Origin: Flavobacterium sp.
GTDB lineage: Bacteria; Bacteroidota; Bacteroidia; Flavobacteriales; Flavobacteriaceae
Direction: 5' to 3'
Assembly: GCA_002733185.1 (NCBI GenBank)
Contig: NVUT01000011.1
Coordinates: forward strand, 43,939 to 78,477
DNA: 34,539 nt
Made by a program: the position numbers and the translations under genes. How positions within the stretch are numbered: the stretch's first letter is position 1; every line of letters starts with the position of its first letter. The notes under the pieces were generated by a model. It was not told where the DNA came from, searched no databases, and was given only the letters and a program-made list of their open reading frames with translations. Below, piece by piece: positions 18,978 through 27,933 of the stretch.

Positions 18978-19649
18978 TTGAAGCCTGTTTATTTATTATT
19001 TATTGTTCTTGTTACCGCTTGTAGCTCGGTTAAATATAAAAGTAGTCCTACTAAAAAACTGCCAGAGCTTGGCACTATTGGAGTCTTTACCAACTTTTTA
19101 CTAAAGAAAGAACAACAAACTAAAACGGTGGTTTCATTAAGCGACCCCATTCGTTTGCATTTTGAAGAGATACAGATATCAAAACGGCAAATAATTCCTA
19201 ATAAGGATAGTCTGCAAGCTCCAAAAAAAGACAGTACACTTATTTCCTTTGAAATACTAGATAAGGTTGCTCTTGTGGGTCAATTAAATCGAGATAAAGA
19301 GTTGTTAAAGTATTTATTAAAAACCACTCATTATAAAATTGTCACCAAGGTAACGATGCAGTTTTCTAAAGAATTACTTACTGACATTCAAAAAGCAGAT
19401 GAAATTTATCTTTTACAAAACAAACAAAAAACACTTTCCTTAGAACTTAGAAAAAACAACAAGCCTTTTCAAGTAATAGAATTTACCGATGGCAACATTA
19501 TTAGCTTTAAAGCATTGGAGTTTTGTTGGGGGCAAAACAAAAGAAGGGATATTGAAATATTCAATTTAGTTCCCAACGGTTCAAGTTGCGGAGAGGATAC
19601 CTACACCTCGGTAAAAAAAGTAAAAAAGAAAAATGAATTTAAGTTTTAA
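18978..19649 (+). CDS. Hypothetical lipoprotein
   Basis: TTG start; lipobox LVTA|C; basic protein; first gene of the second secretion operon. Confidence 0.75.
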   Translation: MKPVYLLFIVLVTACSSVKYKSSPTKKLPELGTIGVFTNFLLKKEQQTKTVVSLSDPIRLHFEEIQISKRQIIPNKDSLQAPKKDSTLISFEILDKVALVGQLNRDKELLKYLLKTTHYKIVTKVTMQFSKELLTDIQKADEIYLLQNKQKTLSLELRKNNKPFQVIEFTDGNIISFKALEFCWGQNKRRDIEIFNLVPNGSSCGEDTYTSVKKVKKKNEFKF

Positions 19650-19653
19650 GAAT

Positions 19654-20886
19654 ATGAACAAACGCTATTTTTTTGCAATTTCACTTTTAATATTGATTTC
19701 CTGTGAAGCCATTCTTTTTGAGGAAGATATTTCTGATAGAGCAATAGTAATTTTAGCACCTCTTAACAATTCTGTAATAGAAAATGCCAATGTTAATTTT
19801 AATTGGAATGCCGTAGAGGACGCACTAAACTATCAGTTGCAAGTAGCCACACCCAATTTTGCAGAGGCGGTTCAACTGGCAACAGATTCTATTTTGCCAG
19901 CAACCGCCTTTACTATCACTTTAGAATCGGGAGAATACCAGTGGAGAGTACGAGCATTAAACGAAAACTCAGAAACCATCTATACAACCGCAAGTTTTAC
20001 AGTACAACCCGAGGTATTTACCCAAGATATTTCGGAGTCCCTAGTTGTGTTAATCGCTCCAAGTGAAGGATCGGTTATTGAAACCAATCCAATTATTTTT
20101 TCTTGGGAAGAAGTTGCTTTTGCTGAAAATCATGTATTACAAGTTGCAACTCCCAATTTTGAAAATGCCCAACAAGTAGTGGTTGACGAGTTAGTGGTGG
20201 GTACTTCCTTAGAGCAAACACTATCTAACGGAAGCTACCAATGGCGAGTAAAAGCAAAAAATTCTTCTTCAGAAACCAATTTCACCACCAATAACTTTAC
20301 GGTCAATACAGGAGCCGAATTTCCAGATAGAGAGGTAGTGATTATTTCGCCTCCAAATAATTTTATTAGCAATCAAAGCGATGTAAACCTGCAATGGCAA
20401 GCAGTGGAAGAGGCAACCATCTACCGTTTACAAATTATAGACCCTGCTGATAATTCGGTAGTAAGCGAACAAACAACTGCCAGTACTAGTTTGATTACAA
20501 CTTTTCCTGAAGGAAATTATAGCTGGCAAATTCGTGCAGAAAACGATACCCAAAGCACTCAATATTTTTTACAGAATATTACCATTGATAGTGTTGTGCC
20601 TAATATTCCTGTATTATTAACCCCTACAGATGGAGAAGCTCTTGCTTCTACCTCCGTAAATTTTACTTGGTCTAGAGAAGCCATAGAAGGCACAACAGAA
20701 AGCGATCGTATTTTTATTTATGACGACGCTGCTTTAACAAATTTAATCCTGCAAGAAGAAGTCTCAGGAGGAACTTTTACCACCACTTTAAATAGCAACC
20801 AAACCTATTATTGGAAAATGAATGCTTTTGACGAGGCAGGAAACCAAAGTGGTGATAGTGATGTGTTTAGTTTTTCAATTAATTAA
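19654..20886 (+). CDS. Lipoprotein with four FN3/Ig-like repeats
   Basis: Likely start MNKRYFFAISLLILIS|C at 19654 (track start 19633); four repeats of LxxP..F.W....Y.LQ....G.Y.W.V.A. Confidence 0.8.
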   Translation: MNKRYFFAISLLILISCEAILFEEDISDRAIVILAPLNNSVIENANVNFNWNAVEDALNYQLQVATPNFAEAVQLATDSILPATAFTITLESGEYQWRVRALNENSETIYTTASFTVQPEVFTQDISESLVVLIAPSEGSVIETNPIIFSWEEVAFAENHVLQVATPNFENAQQVVVDELVVGTSLEQTLSNGSYQWRVKAKNSSSETNFTTNNFTVNTGAEFPDREVVIISPPNNFISNQSDVNLQWQAVEEATIYRLQIIDPADNSVVSEQTTASTSLITTFPEGNYSWQIRAENDTQSTQYFLQNITIDSVVPNIPVLLTPTDGEALASTSVNFTWSREAIEGTTESDRIFIYDDAALTNLILQEEVSGGTFTTTLNSNQTYYWKMNAFDEAGNQSGDSDVFSFSIN

Positions 20887-20898
20887 TAAATTTTGCTA

Positions 20899-21357
20899 AT
20901 GAAAAACAAAAAGAACATAAAAATACTACTGCCCATTGTGATTTTTATTTGGGGAATCTTAATCTATAAGATTGTTGATGCTTTTAGCAATGATGAACCT
21001 CCGATGGCAACCAAAACAGTATCTAATTTTATTGCTCCCAAAGTGCAACAAAAAGAAACTTTTGCACTGTTAACTATTGAAAGTGACCCCTTTTTAGGAA
21101 CCTTATATCGCAGTCCGAAAAAGCAAAAAGGAACTTCAAAAAGAAGAAAGCAAGAAATAATATGGCCAACCATTGCTTGTCAAGGAATTGTCTCGGGAAA
21201 GACAGCAAAATCAAGAGTGTATATATTGCAAGTAAACGGGCAACAATATTTGGTTAAAAAGGGAGACACCATACTACAAATGAAAGTTTTAAAAAGCACT
21301 AAGGAAGCCATTAAATTAAAATACAAAGGACAAACTAAAATAGTTCCTATAATGTGA
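20899..21357 (+). CDS. GspC/PilP-like protein
   Basis: ATG at 20899; N-terminal TM, DPFLG motif, QGIVSG...ILQVNGQQYLVKKGD beta-domain. Confidence 0.65.
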   Translation: MKNKKNIKILLPIVIFIWGILIYKIVDAFSNDEPPMATKTVSNFIAPKVQQKETFALLTIESDPFLGTLYRSPKKQKGTSKRRKQEIIWPTIACQGIVSGKTAKSRVYILQVNGQQYLVKKGDTILQMKVLKSTKEAIKLKYKGQTKIVPIM

Positions 21358-22628
21358 GTATTCTAAAAAAAATAAAAGCTTCGGCGATGCAATTTGCTAT
21401 TTTGGTTTCGGTCATTATTGCGGTGTTGTTGGGATCGTTTTTAACCCTGAGTCATACCCATCGTTTATTTAATTTGCAATCTAATTTAGTATTAAAAACT
21501 ATTGACAATGTCAATCTTGGCATAGGATATGGCAATAATGCTAAGACTATTTTTACAGACTCTATTACTTTGCCTCCCGAAGAAGAAAACATCGCAAATA
21601 CTATTGTTAGAAGAAGATTTTGGGGAGGATTTGAACTACTAGAATCAGAAAGTAGTTTTAAGGCTACAAAATTTAAAAAACTAGCCCTTGTTGGGAGTCA
21701 ATTGCCAAAAACACCCATCAGTTTAGTTCTTTCAGAAAATAAAATTCCCTTGGTTTTGGTTGGGGATACTAAAATTGAAGGAACAGCTTATATATCAGAC
21801 AAAGGAGTTAAAGCAGGAAGCATTTCGGGACATTATTTTACTGGAACAAAGCTGATTAATGGTCAAATACATTACGGTCAAAATTCCTTGCCACAACTAC
21901 TTCCTAGTTGGGAGCATCATATTGCACAATTTTCGGATTTTATTCCAAGTCAAGAGGATATTGTAATCCCAATTGGAGAAGAAAATAAAAATTCTTTTTT
22001 TAATCCCACTCAGGTCATTTTTCAACCAGAGGAATTGGTTTTAAATGAAACCTATATAGGAAACATTTTAATAAAAAGCGATTCTGAAATACGCATTTCA
22101 AAACACGCAACCATAATCGATGCAACCTTAGTTGCACCAAAGATTATTATTGAAAAAGGATTTTTAGGTAATCTTAGTTGCATTGCGAGTGAATCTATTG
22201 TGATAGAAGAGGGTGTGAAATTAAGCTATCCTTCAGCTCTCATTATTAAAGAAAAAACTAATAAGGCAACCTCGCAATCAACAAACGCAACCAAGGCATC
22301 AATTTCAATAGTAGGAGATAGTCATATAAGTGGGTATTTAGTTTTTTTAGAAGATAGAAATCCTTCTTCAACCAACAGAACAAAGGTGAATATAGTCATT
22401 GGATCAAAAGCAACAATTCAAGGGCAACTATATTGTCAGGGAAGTACACAATTAGACGGAACTGTTTTAGGCTCGGTTTTTACCAAACGTTTTGTAACAA
22501 AAGGTTTTGGTTCTGTTTATGTAAATCATATCTACAACGGAAAAATATTGGGATATGATTTAAACTCAGCTTATTGCGGATTGCCATTTTTAAATTATAA
22601 CAAGGGAGTTACAAAATGGTTGTACTAA
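21354..22628 (+). CDS. Large minor pseudopilin, GspK/PilX-like
   Basis: KKIKA|SAMQFAILVSVIIAVLL pilin-like N-terminus without E5; beta-rich C-terminus. Confidence 0.65.
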   Translation: MSILKKIKASAMQFAILVSVIIAVLLGSFLTLSHTHRLFNLQSNLVLKTIDNVNLGIGYGNNAKTIFTDSITLPPEEENIANTIVRRRFWGGFELLESESSFKATKFKKLALVGSQLPKTPISLVLSENKIPLVLVGDTKIEGTAYISDKGVKAGSISGHYFTGTKLINGQIHYGQNSLPQLLPSWEHHIAQFSDFIPSQEDIVIPIGEENKNSFFNPTQVIFQPEELVLNETYIGNILIKSDSEIRISKHATIIDATLVAPKIIIEKGFLGNLSCIASESIVIEEGVKLSYPSALIIKEKTNKATSQSTNATKASISIVGDSHISGYLVFLEDRNPSSTNRTKVNIVIGSKATIQGQLYCQGSTQLDGTVLGSVFTKRFVTKGFGSVYVNHIYNGKILGYDLNSAYCGLPFLNYNKGVTKWLY

Positions 22629-22939
22629 AAAAAATACAGTCCGCAACCTTAGTAGAAACATTGGTTGCCTCGGTAATTATCCTTGTAGTATTTTTAATTG
22701 CAAGTATGAGTTTAAATAATGTTTTTAAAACAACCATAAAAGAAAATGATTCAGCTCTTAAAAGCCGTATCAAGGAACTTCATTATTTAAATAGAAACCA
22801 TCAAATAATCATTCCTTTTTATGAAGAAACCGATCTTTGGGAGATTAAAATCGAAAAACAACAAGGTGCAACCCTATTATTTTCAGAAAGCAAACTAAAC
22901 AACAAAGTAAAAGAAACTAAAATCGGTTATGAAGATTAA
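22616..22939 (+). CDS. Minor pseudopilin, GspI/PilV-like
   Basis: KKIQS|ATLVETLVASVIILVVF with E5. Confidence 0.75.
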   Translation: MVVLKKIQSATLVETLVASVIILVVFLIASMSLNNVFKTTIKENDSALKSRIKELHYLNRNHQIIIPFYEETDLWEIKIEKQQGATLLFSESKLNNKVKETKIGYED

Positions 22940-23396
22940 AAAAACACCTGCATTTACATTAACAGAAATGCTCATCGTGTTAGCTATTAGCGCCATCGTT
23001 GCGGGCTTGGCATTTACTATTATTAGTTTGTTTACTAGAAACGTTCATCATATACAGCAAAACTATAGTGTTTCTACTAAAGCACATCTATTTCAAGAGC
23101 AATTAAGCCTCGATTTTAATCGGTTTCATTCCATTACTTACAGCAACGGTTTATCGCAACTTCAATTAAAAACACCTTTGGATTCTATTACCTATCATTT
23201 TTCTGAAAATGCAATTATTAGAAATACCGACACTTTATTAATAAACAATTATAAAATAGAATTTTTCAATTTTGGAATTGCAACTGAAAAAGGAAAAATT
23301 GATGCTATAAAACTGACTTTGGAGGTAACCAAGGTTCCTCTTTTTATTTTTAAACAAAACGATGCTACTAGCTTTTTAGAGAACGATGGGAATTAA
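22929..23396 (+). CDS. Minor pseudopilin, GspJ/PilW-like
   Basis: KKTPA|FTLTEMLIVLAISAIV with E5. Confidence 0.8.
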   Translation: MKIKKTPAFTLTEMLIVLAISAIVAGLAFTIISLFTRNVHHIQQNYSVSTKAHLFQEQLSLDFNRFHSITYSNGLSQLQLKTPLDSITYHFSENAIIRNTDTLLINNYKIEFFNFGIATEKGKIDAIKLTLEVTKVPLFIFKQNDATSFLENDGN

Positions 23397-24516
23397 ATTT
23401 GACAACATAGCAACCACTGAACTTAAAACTAATAAAAAGCCCAGTACTAGTTTTTTAAACAAGGAAATCACTCTTTTTGGAAAGGGATATTCTAATAAAA
23501 ACAAAGAGCAGTTTTATGCAGAACTCAGTATGCTTTTAAACTCAGGAGTCAATCTAAAAAGATCCTTAGATTTAATTTCTGAAATGCAAAAAAAGCAGAA
23601 AGATAAAATTTTACTCGATGAACTTTCTAAAGAAATTGTTTTGGGTAGCTCGCTCTCAGATGCTTTGAAAAAAAACAAGAGTTTTTCGCCCTACGAATAC
23701 CAAGCCATAAAAATTGGAGAGCAAACAGGGCAACTTCATAAAATCACCAGTGATTTAAAAGAATATTTTACCAGAAAAAACGAACTAAAAAGACAATTAA
23801 TTTCTTCACTTTCTTATCCTTTTATCGTTTTAATTACCGCCTGTTTGGTGGTGCTTTTTATGTTGCGGTTTGTAGTGCCGATGTTTGTAGATATTTTTAA
23901 ACAAAACAAAGTAGAGTTGCCATGGTTAACACAACAAATAGTTGGGCTTTCCGATTTAGTTGGCGATTATAGTTTCGTTGGGCTTATTATATTGGTTGGG
24001 CTCATCATCCTTTTTAAACAGCTTTCTAAAAAACCTTTTTTTAATCAGTTTATGGGGAATCTACAATTGAAAATTCCCATTTTAGGAGGTTATATAAAAA
24101 AAATCTACCTCATACAATTTACCCAAGCAATGGCATTATTAACTTATGCCAAAATACCTGTAGTGAGTGCCATACAACTAGTAAGAGATATGATTCATTT
24201 TTATCCCTTGCAAAGCACCTTAGAAGTAGTTGAAAAAGACATCATACAAGGAGAAAAACTAAACGAATGTTTTTCTAAACATCCTTTTTATGATAAAAAA
24301 ATGATTGCTCTTTTAAAAGTCGCCGAAGAAACCAACCAAACCGAATATATCTTTCAAAAATTATACGATCAATATTCCATAGAGATTGCTCATCAAGGAA
24401 AAATTATCTCTAATGTGTTGAATTTTTTGTTAACCCTTATTGTCGGACTTATTGTTGGGGTTATTTTGGTGGCGATGTATATGCCTATGTTTAGACTTAG
24501 TAGTGTGATTGGGTAG
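23386..24516 (+). CDS. gspF: GspF/PilC inner-membrane platform protein
   Basis: LSMLLNSGVNL, IKIGEQTGQL, SLSYP, FVVPMF, VAEET, AMYMPMF. Confidence 0.93.
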   Translation: MGIKFDNIATTELKTNKKPSTSFLNKEITLFGKGYSNKNKEQFYAELSMLLNSGVNLKRSLDLISEMQKKQKDKILLDELSKEIVLGSSLSDALKKNKSFSPYEYQAIKIGEQTGQLHKITSDLKEYFTRKNELKRQLISSLSYPFIVLITACLVVLFMLRFVVPMFVDIFKQNKVELPWLTQQIVGLSDLVGDYSFVGLIILVGLIILFKQLSKKPFFNQFMGNLQLKIPILGGYIKKIYLIQFTQAMALLTYAKIPVVSAIQLVRDMIHFYPLQSTLEVVEKDIIQGEKLNECFSKHPFYDKKMIALLKVAEETNQTEYIFQKLYDQYSIEIAHQGKIISNVLNFLLTLIVGLIVGVILVAMYMPMFRLSSVIG

Positions 24517-24535
24517 AGTTTCAATATTTTCTATA

Positions 24536-24586
24536 GAGTAACATCTATTTTAAATCTACTATAAAACAACGAAAATGTTTGTGTTT
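24536..24586 (+). repeat. ~50-bp 3' element, copy 2
   Basis: gagtaacatctattttaaatctactataaaacaacgaaaatgtttgtgttt, 19 bp after the gspF stop. Confidence 0.8.
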
Positions 24587-24664
24587 GAGCATTTCTCTGA
24601 AATAATCTAATAGCATTGTTTGAATTGTATCTTTCAAATTGTCTTATGATGATTTTTGTTAATT

Positions 24665-25414
24665 CTATTTTTCTTTAAGTATTTTAGTAATCCTAGGGAG
24701 CTGATTCCTTGGTATAACATTTTGAATATTTTTTATATCAACAGTCGTATTTATATGTATGGATTGATTTGTAATTTGTCGCACACCCATATATATAAGA
24801 CCGACATTTTGATCCAAATTTTTTAAGATGTTAGGATTAATTAGTTTTTCCGCATTTTCAAGCCCTGATTCATTAAAAATACTGTTCTCCTTTTTTTGTT
24901 GCCAAGACTCATCTAATAATATGACAAGAAGGTATGTTTTATGGAACCCAAGTTTTAAATATCCATTTACTTGAATTATCCCTTCTTTAAGACCTTTCTC
25001 TTTGTTAGTAAAAACCGATAGATTTTCAAGAGTTTTAAATTTTACAGTTTTCACTTCAACTGCAATAGCAAATTCAGGGTTTTCCTTGTCAAAAAGGACT
25101 AGATCTAAGTCTCCTGGTTTTGTATTGGAATCGACAATAAAAGGTTTTTTTTGCTCTCTCAACACAGAAATATCTTTTGTTTGGTCAAAGCCCAATTCTC
25201 TATAAAGAAGATTGTGAAAATTCTGTTTATAGATAAAATCAATGATTTCGCTTTCGGTAAACTCCCTTACGGATTTATAATCTGTTTCCTTAAAATCTGA
25301 AGTAAGATTGCCAGTTGATATATCTAATATTTTAGTAAGCTTAATCTCAGCAGGGATTAACTCATTTTCTTTTTTATTAGTAAACAATGTCTTTAGTAAA
25401 TTTATAATCTTCAT
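24665..25414 (-). CDS. Hypothetical protein, possible PD-(D/E)xK nuclease fold
   Basis: PGDLDLVL...IAVEVK and GIIQVNGY (Q..Y) motifs. Confidence 0.55.
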   Translation of the reverse strand: MKIINLLKTLFTNKKENELIPAEIKLTKILDISTGNLTSDFKETDYKSVREFTESEIIDFIYKQNFHNLLYRELGFDQTKDISVLREQKKPFIVDSNTKPGDLDLVLFDKENPEFAIAVEVKTVKFKTLENLSVFTNKEKGLKEGIIQVNGYLKLGFHKTYLLVILLDESWQQKKENSIFNESGLENAEKLINPNILKNLDQNVGLIYMGVRQITNQSIHINTTVDIKNIQNVIPRNQLPRITKILKEK

Positions 25415-25482
25415 AAAAAATATTGTTCATTATATTTAATAAAATCTAAAACCCTAATCTATCTTTTATTATATCCATTATT

Positions 25483-25490
25483 CAAATATA
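25483..25490 (-). promoter_or_regulatory. Possible Bacteroidota -7 promoter box
   Basis: TATATTTG (TAnnTTTG) on minus, ~70 bp upstream of the 25414 start. Confidence 0.35.
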
Positions 25491-25793
25491 CAAAAGCTTA
25501 CTTATAATTTTATGCAACAGCACCTTCTGATGCTCAAAAACTAACATTACCTGTAAAACCCAATTGTTAAAAGTAAATGATATTACTTTGTAAAAAGGGG
25601 CTGAAAAATAACTGTCACAGTTTAATTAAAATCCCTGCCATACCTTGTAGAATAAAGAAGCAAATGTCTTGTCCTATTTTAAAATATAGCCTTGATATAC
25701 TTTGCAAAACAAAGTAGCAGCGATGTTTTTTTTAAAAAAAGAGACACCACTTTTTTAAAACAACAAGTATAATAGTAATTAAATTTTATAAAG

Positions 25794-25985
25794 ATGAACA
25801 GTTTACACATCACCTTAATTATCATTTTCGTTTTTATTATTGTAATAACAATAATTTTGAACCGAATCAAAAAAGACAGAATAACATTAATTGGAGATTT
25901 TATTGCCAAGGTAATGCCAACTATTCCTATTAGTAAAATTTTTGGAAAAAGAACAAAGGAAACTTCAAAAGAAGATACAGATTAA
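25794..25985 (+). CDS. Small single-TM hypothetical protein
   Basis: 63 aa, ATG after an A-rich leader, hydrophobic N-terminus, followed by a terminator. Confidence 0.5.
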   Translation: MNSLHITLIIIFVFIIVITIILNRIKKDRITLIGDFIAKVMPTIPISKIFGKRTKETSKEDTD

Positions 25986-26005
25986 TAGAGGATAGATAAT
26001 TAAAA

Positions 26006-26033
26006 AAAACTCGTAAATAAATTCACGAGTTTT
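26006..26033. terminator. Bidirectional terminator-like hairpin
   Basis: aaaactcgt...acgagtttt between convergent genes. Confidence 0.6.
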
Positions 26034-26092
26034 ATATGTAATTATTTCAGCCAAATCGAGCTTACAAGATTCGGCCAAACCAATAAGTAAAA

Positions 26093-26536
26093 TTACTTAT
26101 CAGTGAGCCAAATTTCCTGAGCTTTCTCAAAACCGCACCATCTGTGGTTTTTATCAAATCCACGTCCAGCCAGTTCAAAACGAATCATTTTTTCAAGAGG
26201 AATTTTACTCTCAAGAATATAGCGAAGTATTTCGCCATCCATTACAGAAAACATTCCTGTTATTTTTCCCCAATGAGGCAAGGGATCTCTATCCATTCGA
26301 ATATGTCTTACATCATCATAGGTTATCTCAGATAAATCTTCAGGAAGAACATCTAAAAGTTCAACATTCATTTCACAGGCTGTTATATGTTCAAGTACAG
26401 CAAACTGATTTTTAAATTTGATAACACCAAAAGGAATATTTGCAATTCTATATTTAAAATTAAGCCACTGGGCGTGATAGATAGCTTTCTCTTTACTATC
26501 AAACAGATCTAAATAGTTGTCATTGGTACTATTCAT
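26093..26536 (-). CDS. Hypothetical protein (mobile-element associated)
   Basis: 147-aa ORF, last gene of the radC-led minus-strand run. Confidence 0.75.
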   Translation of the reverse strand: MNSTNDNYLDLFDSKEKAIYHAQWLNFKYRIANIPFGVIKFKNQFAVLEHITACEMNVELLDVLPEDLSEITYDDVRHIRMDRDPLPHWGKITGMFSVMDGEILRYILESKIPLEKMIRFELAGRGFDKNHRWCGFEKAQEIWLTDK

Positions 26537-26538
26537 AA

Positions 26539-26952
26539 TTAGTTAGATTTAGGAGTTCTTTTATTGGAAGTTTTTGCTTCTTTGTTTACTGATTTTTCAA
26601 TAGCAGTATCCATTTTAGAAAGCAACTCTTTCTTTTGAGTAGGTGATTCATTTTTATTTATCTGTGGCGAATCTCCACCAAAAGAAATCTCTTTACTCCA
26701 TTTTCCAGTCATATAAGAAATCATAAAAAGTTCATCTCCTATTAAACTAATAAGTTCTTGGTTCTCCATTTCAATTAGATTGTACTCTTTAGGAATAGTT
26801 CCTCCAAAACGAGATTTGATAATCTCAATAAGTTCTTTTCTTGAAAAGTAGATAGCTACTTTATCACTAATACTTGGTGCTTTTTGAGTTCCAAGGGCTC
26901 TTGCTCTTAATACGGAAGCAAAATGCTTCATTAAATTTTCATTGTTTTTCAT
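26539..26952 (-). CDS. Hypothetical protein with FSRxEL...ENxxLxxLIG domain
   Basis: 137 aa; shares a 50-aa segment with the upstream gene. Confidence 0.75.
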   Translation of the reverse strand: MKNNENLMKHFASVLRARALGTQKAPSISDKVAIYFSRKELIEIIKSRFGGTIPKEYNLIEMENQELISLIGDELFMISYMTGKWSKEISFGGDSPQINKNESPTQKKELLSKMDTAIEKSVNKEAKTSNKRTPKSN

Positions 26953-26987
26953 AATTTGAGTGTATTAAATTGTTATTTATAATTGCG

Positions 26988-27008
26988 ACCTGCCTACCGC
27001 AGGCAGGT
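26988..27008. repeat. REP-like palindrome
   Basis: acctgcct-accgc-aggcaggt, a GC-rich hairpin of the CCTGCCT...AGGCAGG type I recall from Bacteroidota intergenic DNA. Confidence 0.65.
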
Positions 27009-27015
27009 TCTCGGC

Positions 27016-27597
27016 TTACTGAATTTTCCAAAGCGACAGTATCTTAAGGTCTCCCTTTTTAAAAGATTGTTCTTTGTAAATTTTCTTTAATTCTGTTTCA
27101 GCTTCTTCTTTGCTGTCAAAAAAGAAAGACGGTTTGGTCGTTACAGCATATTTGTCTTCTGATTCTACATCGGATGTAAAAATGGCAAATACTCTTGCTG
27201 TCTTTCCGTGTTTGAAAAGCAGCGAATAGTAATTACTTATATCATAACTGTCCCATTCTTGAGAAGGTTTTGAGTATAAATAATGTGTTTCTAAGTTCTT
27301 TAATTCAAAGAATTCTTTCTTTTCTTCTTCAGAAAACGTGGGAGTTGCAGTAATGCTTTTTTCAGTTTTGTCTATTAGATAGGTGAGTAAAAAATAATCT
27401 TCCCCAATGAGTTCTAATAAATCAGAATTTTCTAAAGTTTCTACTTTATGCTCTTCCAAATCTCGATCGAAATAAGAATGCTCCAATATGTCCAGAAGTT
27501 CTTCTCTTGAAAAAAAATCAGTAAACATTAAATTAAGTTCTTGTGTTTGATTTTTCTCTAAAATAGTTTGATACTGTTTTAGAAAAAACACTATCAT
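27016..27597 (-). CDS. Hypothetical protein with FSRxEL...ENxxLxxLIG domain
   Basis: Probable start MIVFFLKQ at 27597, which avoids overlap with 27608..27853; acidic. Confidence 0.7.
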   Translation of the reverse strand: MIVFFLKQYQTILEKNQTQELNLMFTDFFSREELLDILEHSYFDRDLEEHKVETLENSDLLELIGEDYFLLTYLIDKTEKSITATPTFSEEEKKEFFELKNLETHYLYSKPSQEWDSYDISNYYSLLFKHGKTARVFAIFTSDVESEDKYAVTTKPSFFFDSKEEAETELKKIYKEQSFKKGDLKILSLWKIQ

Positions 27598-27607
27598 TTT
27601 AAGTTTT

Positions 27608-27853
27608 TTAATGGTCATAACTATCCAATTTTGAGTGATTATCATCTTCATCAATTAACTGGCAATGATTCATTATTGTTGTCAGTAAATGGTCATAATC
27701 GCTGCTTTTAGCTTCCTTGAGCACCGCATCGATTTCCCTTTGTGTCCAACCTTCTTTTCGAGCTTGTCTTTGGAATACACCCATAATCATAAAGGCATTT
27801 CCGTTTATACCAACTAGTTCAAGGTTAACGGTTTTGTTAATTACTTTTTTCAT
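27608..27853 (-). CDS. Small phage/MGE-type hypothetical protein
   Basis: LVGINGNAFMIMG...ARKEGW...SSDYDHLL pattern recalled from small phage/ICE proteins. Confidence 0.75.
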   Translation of the reverse strand: MKKVINKTVNLELVGINGNAFMIMGVFQRQARKEGWTQREIDAVLKEAKSSDYDHLLTTIMNHCQLIDEDDNHSKLDSYDH

Positions 27854-27933
27854 AACTAATTCCCCGAGAAAGCGGGATCTTTTTTAAAGTTTGCAAAAGC
27901 AAACAGGGTTATTATTAAATTGATTTTTTATGT

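Noticed and set aside
19803-21173. ORFs 19803..20066 and 20964..21173
   Set aside because: Overlap the FN3 lipoprotein and GspC-like genes in other frames.
9397-24586. CRISPR array or integron attC array explanation for the repeats
   Set aside because: Each repeat has only two copies, kilobases apart; no cas or tyrosine integron-integrase gene in the window.
25002-26335. ORFs 25002..25205, 25679..25909 and 26144..26335
   Set aside because: Antisense to better-supported genes.
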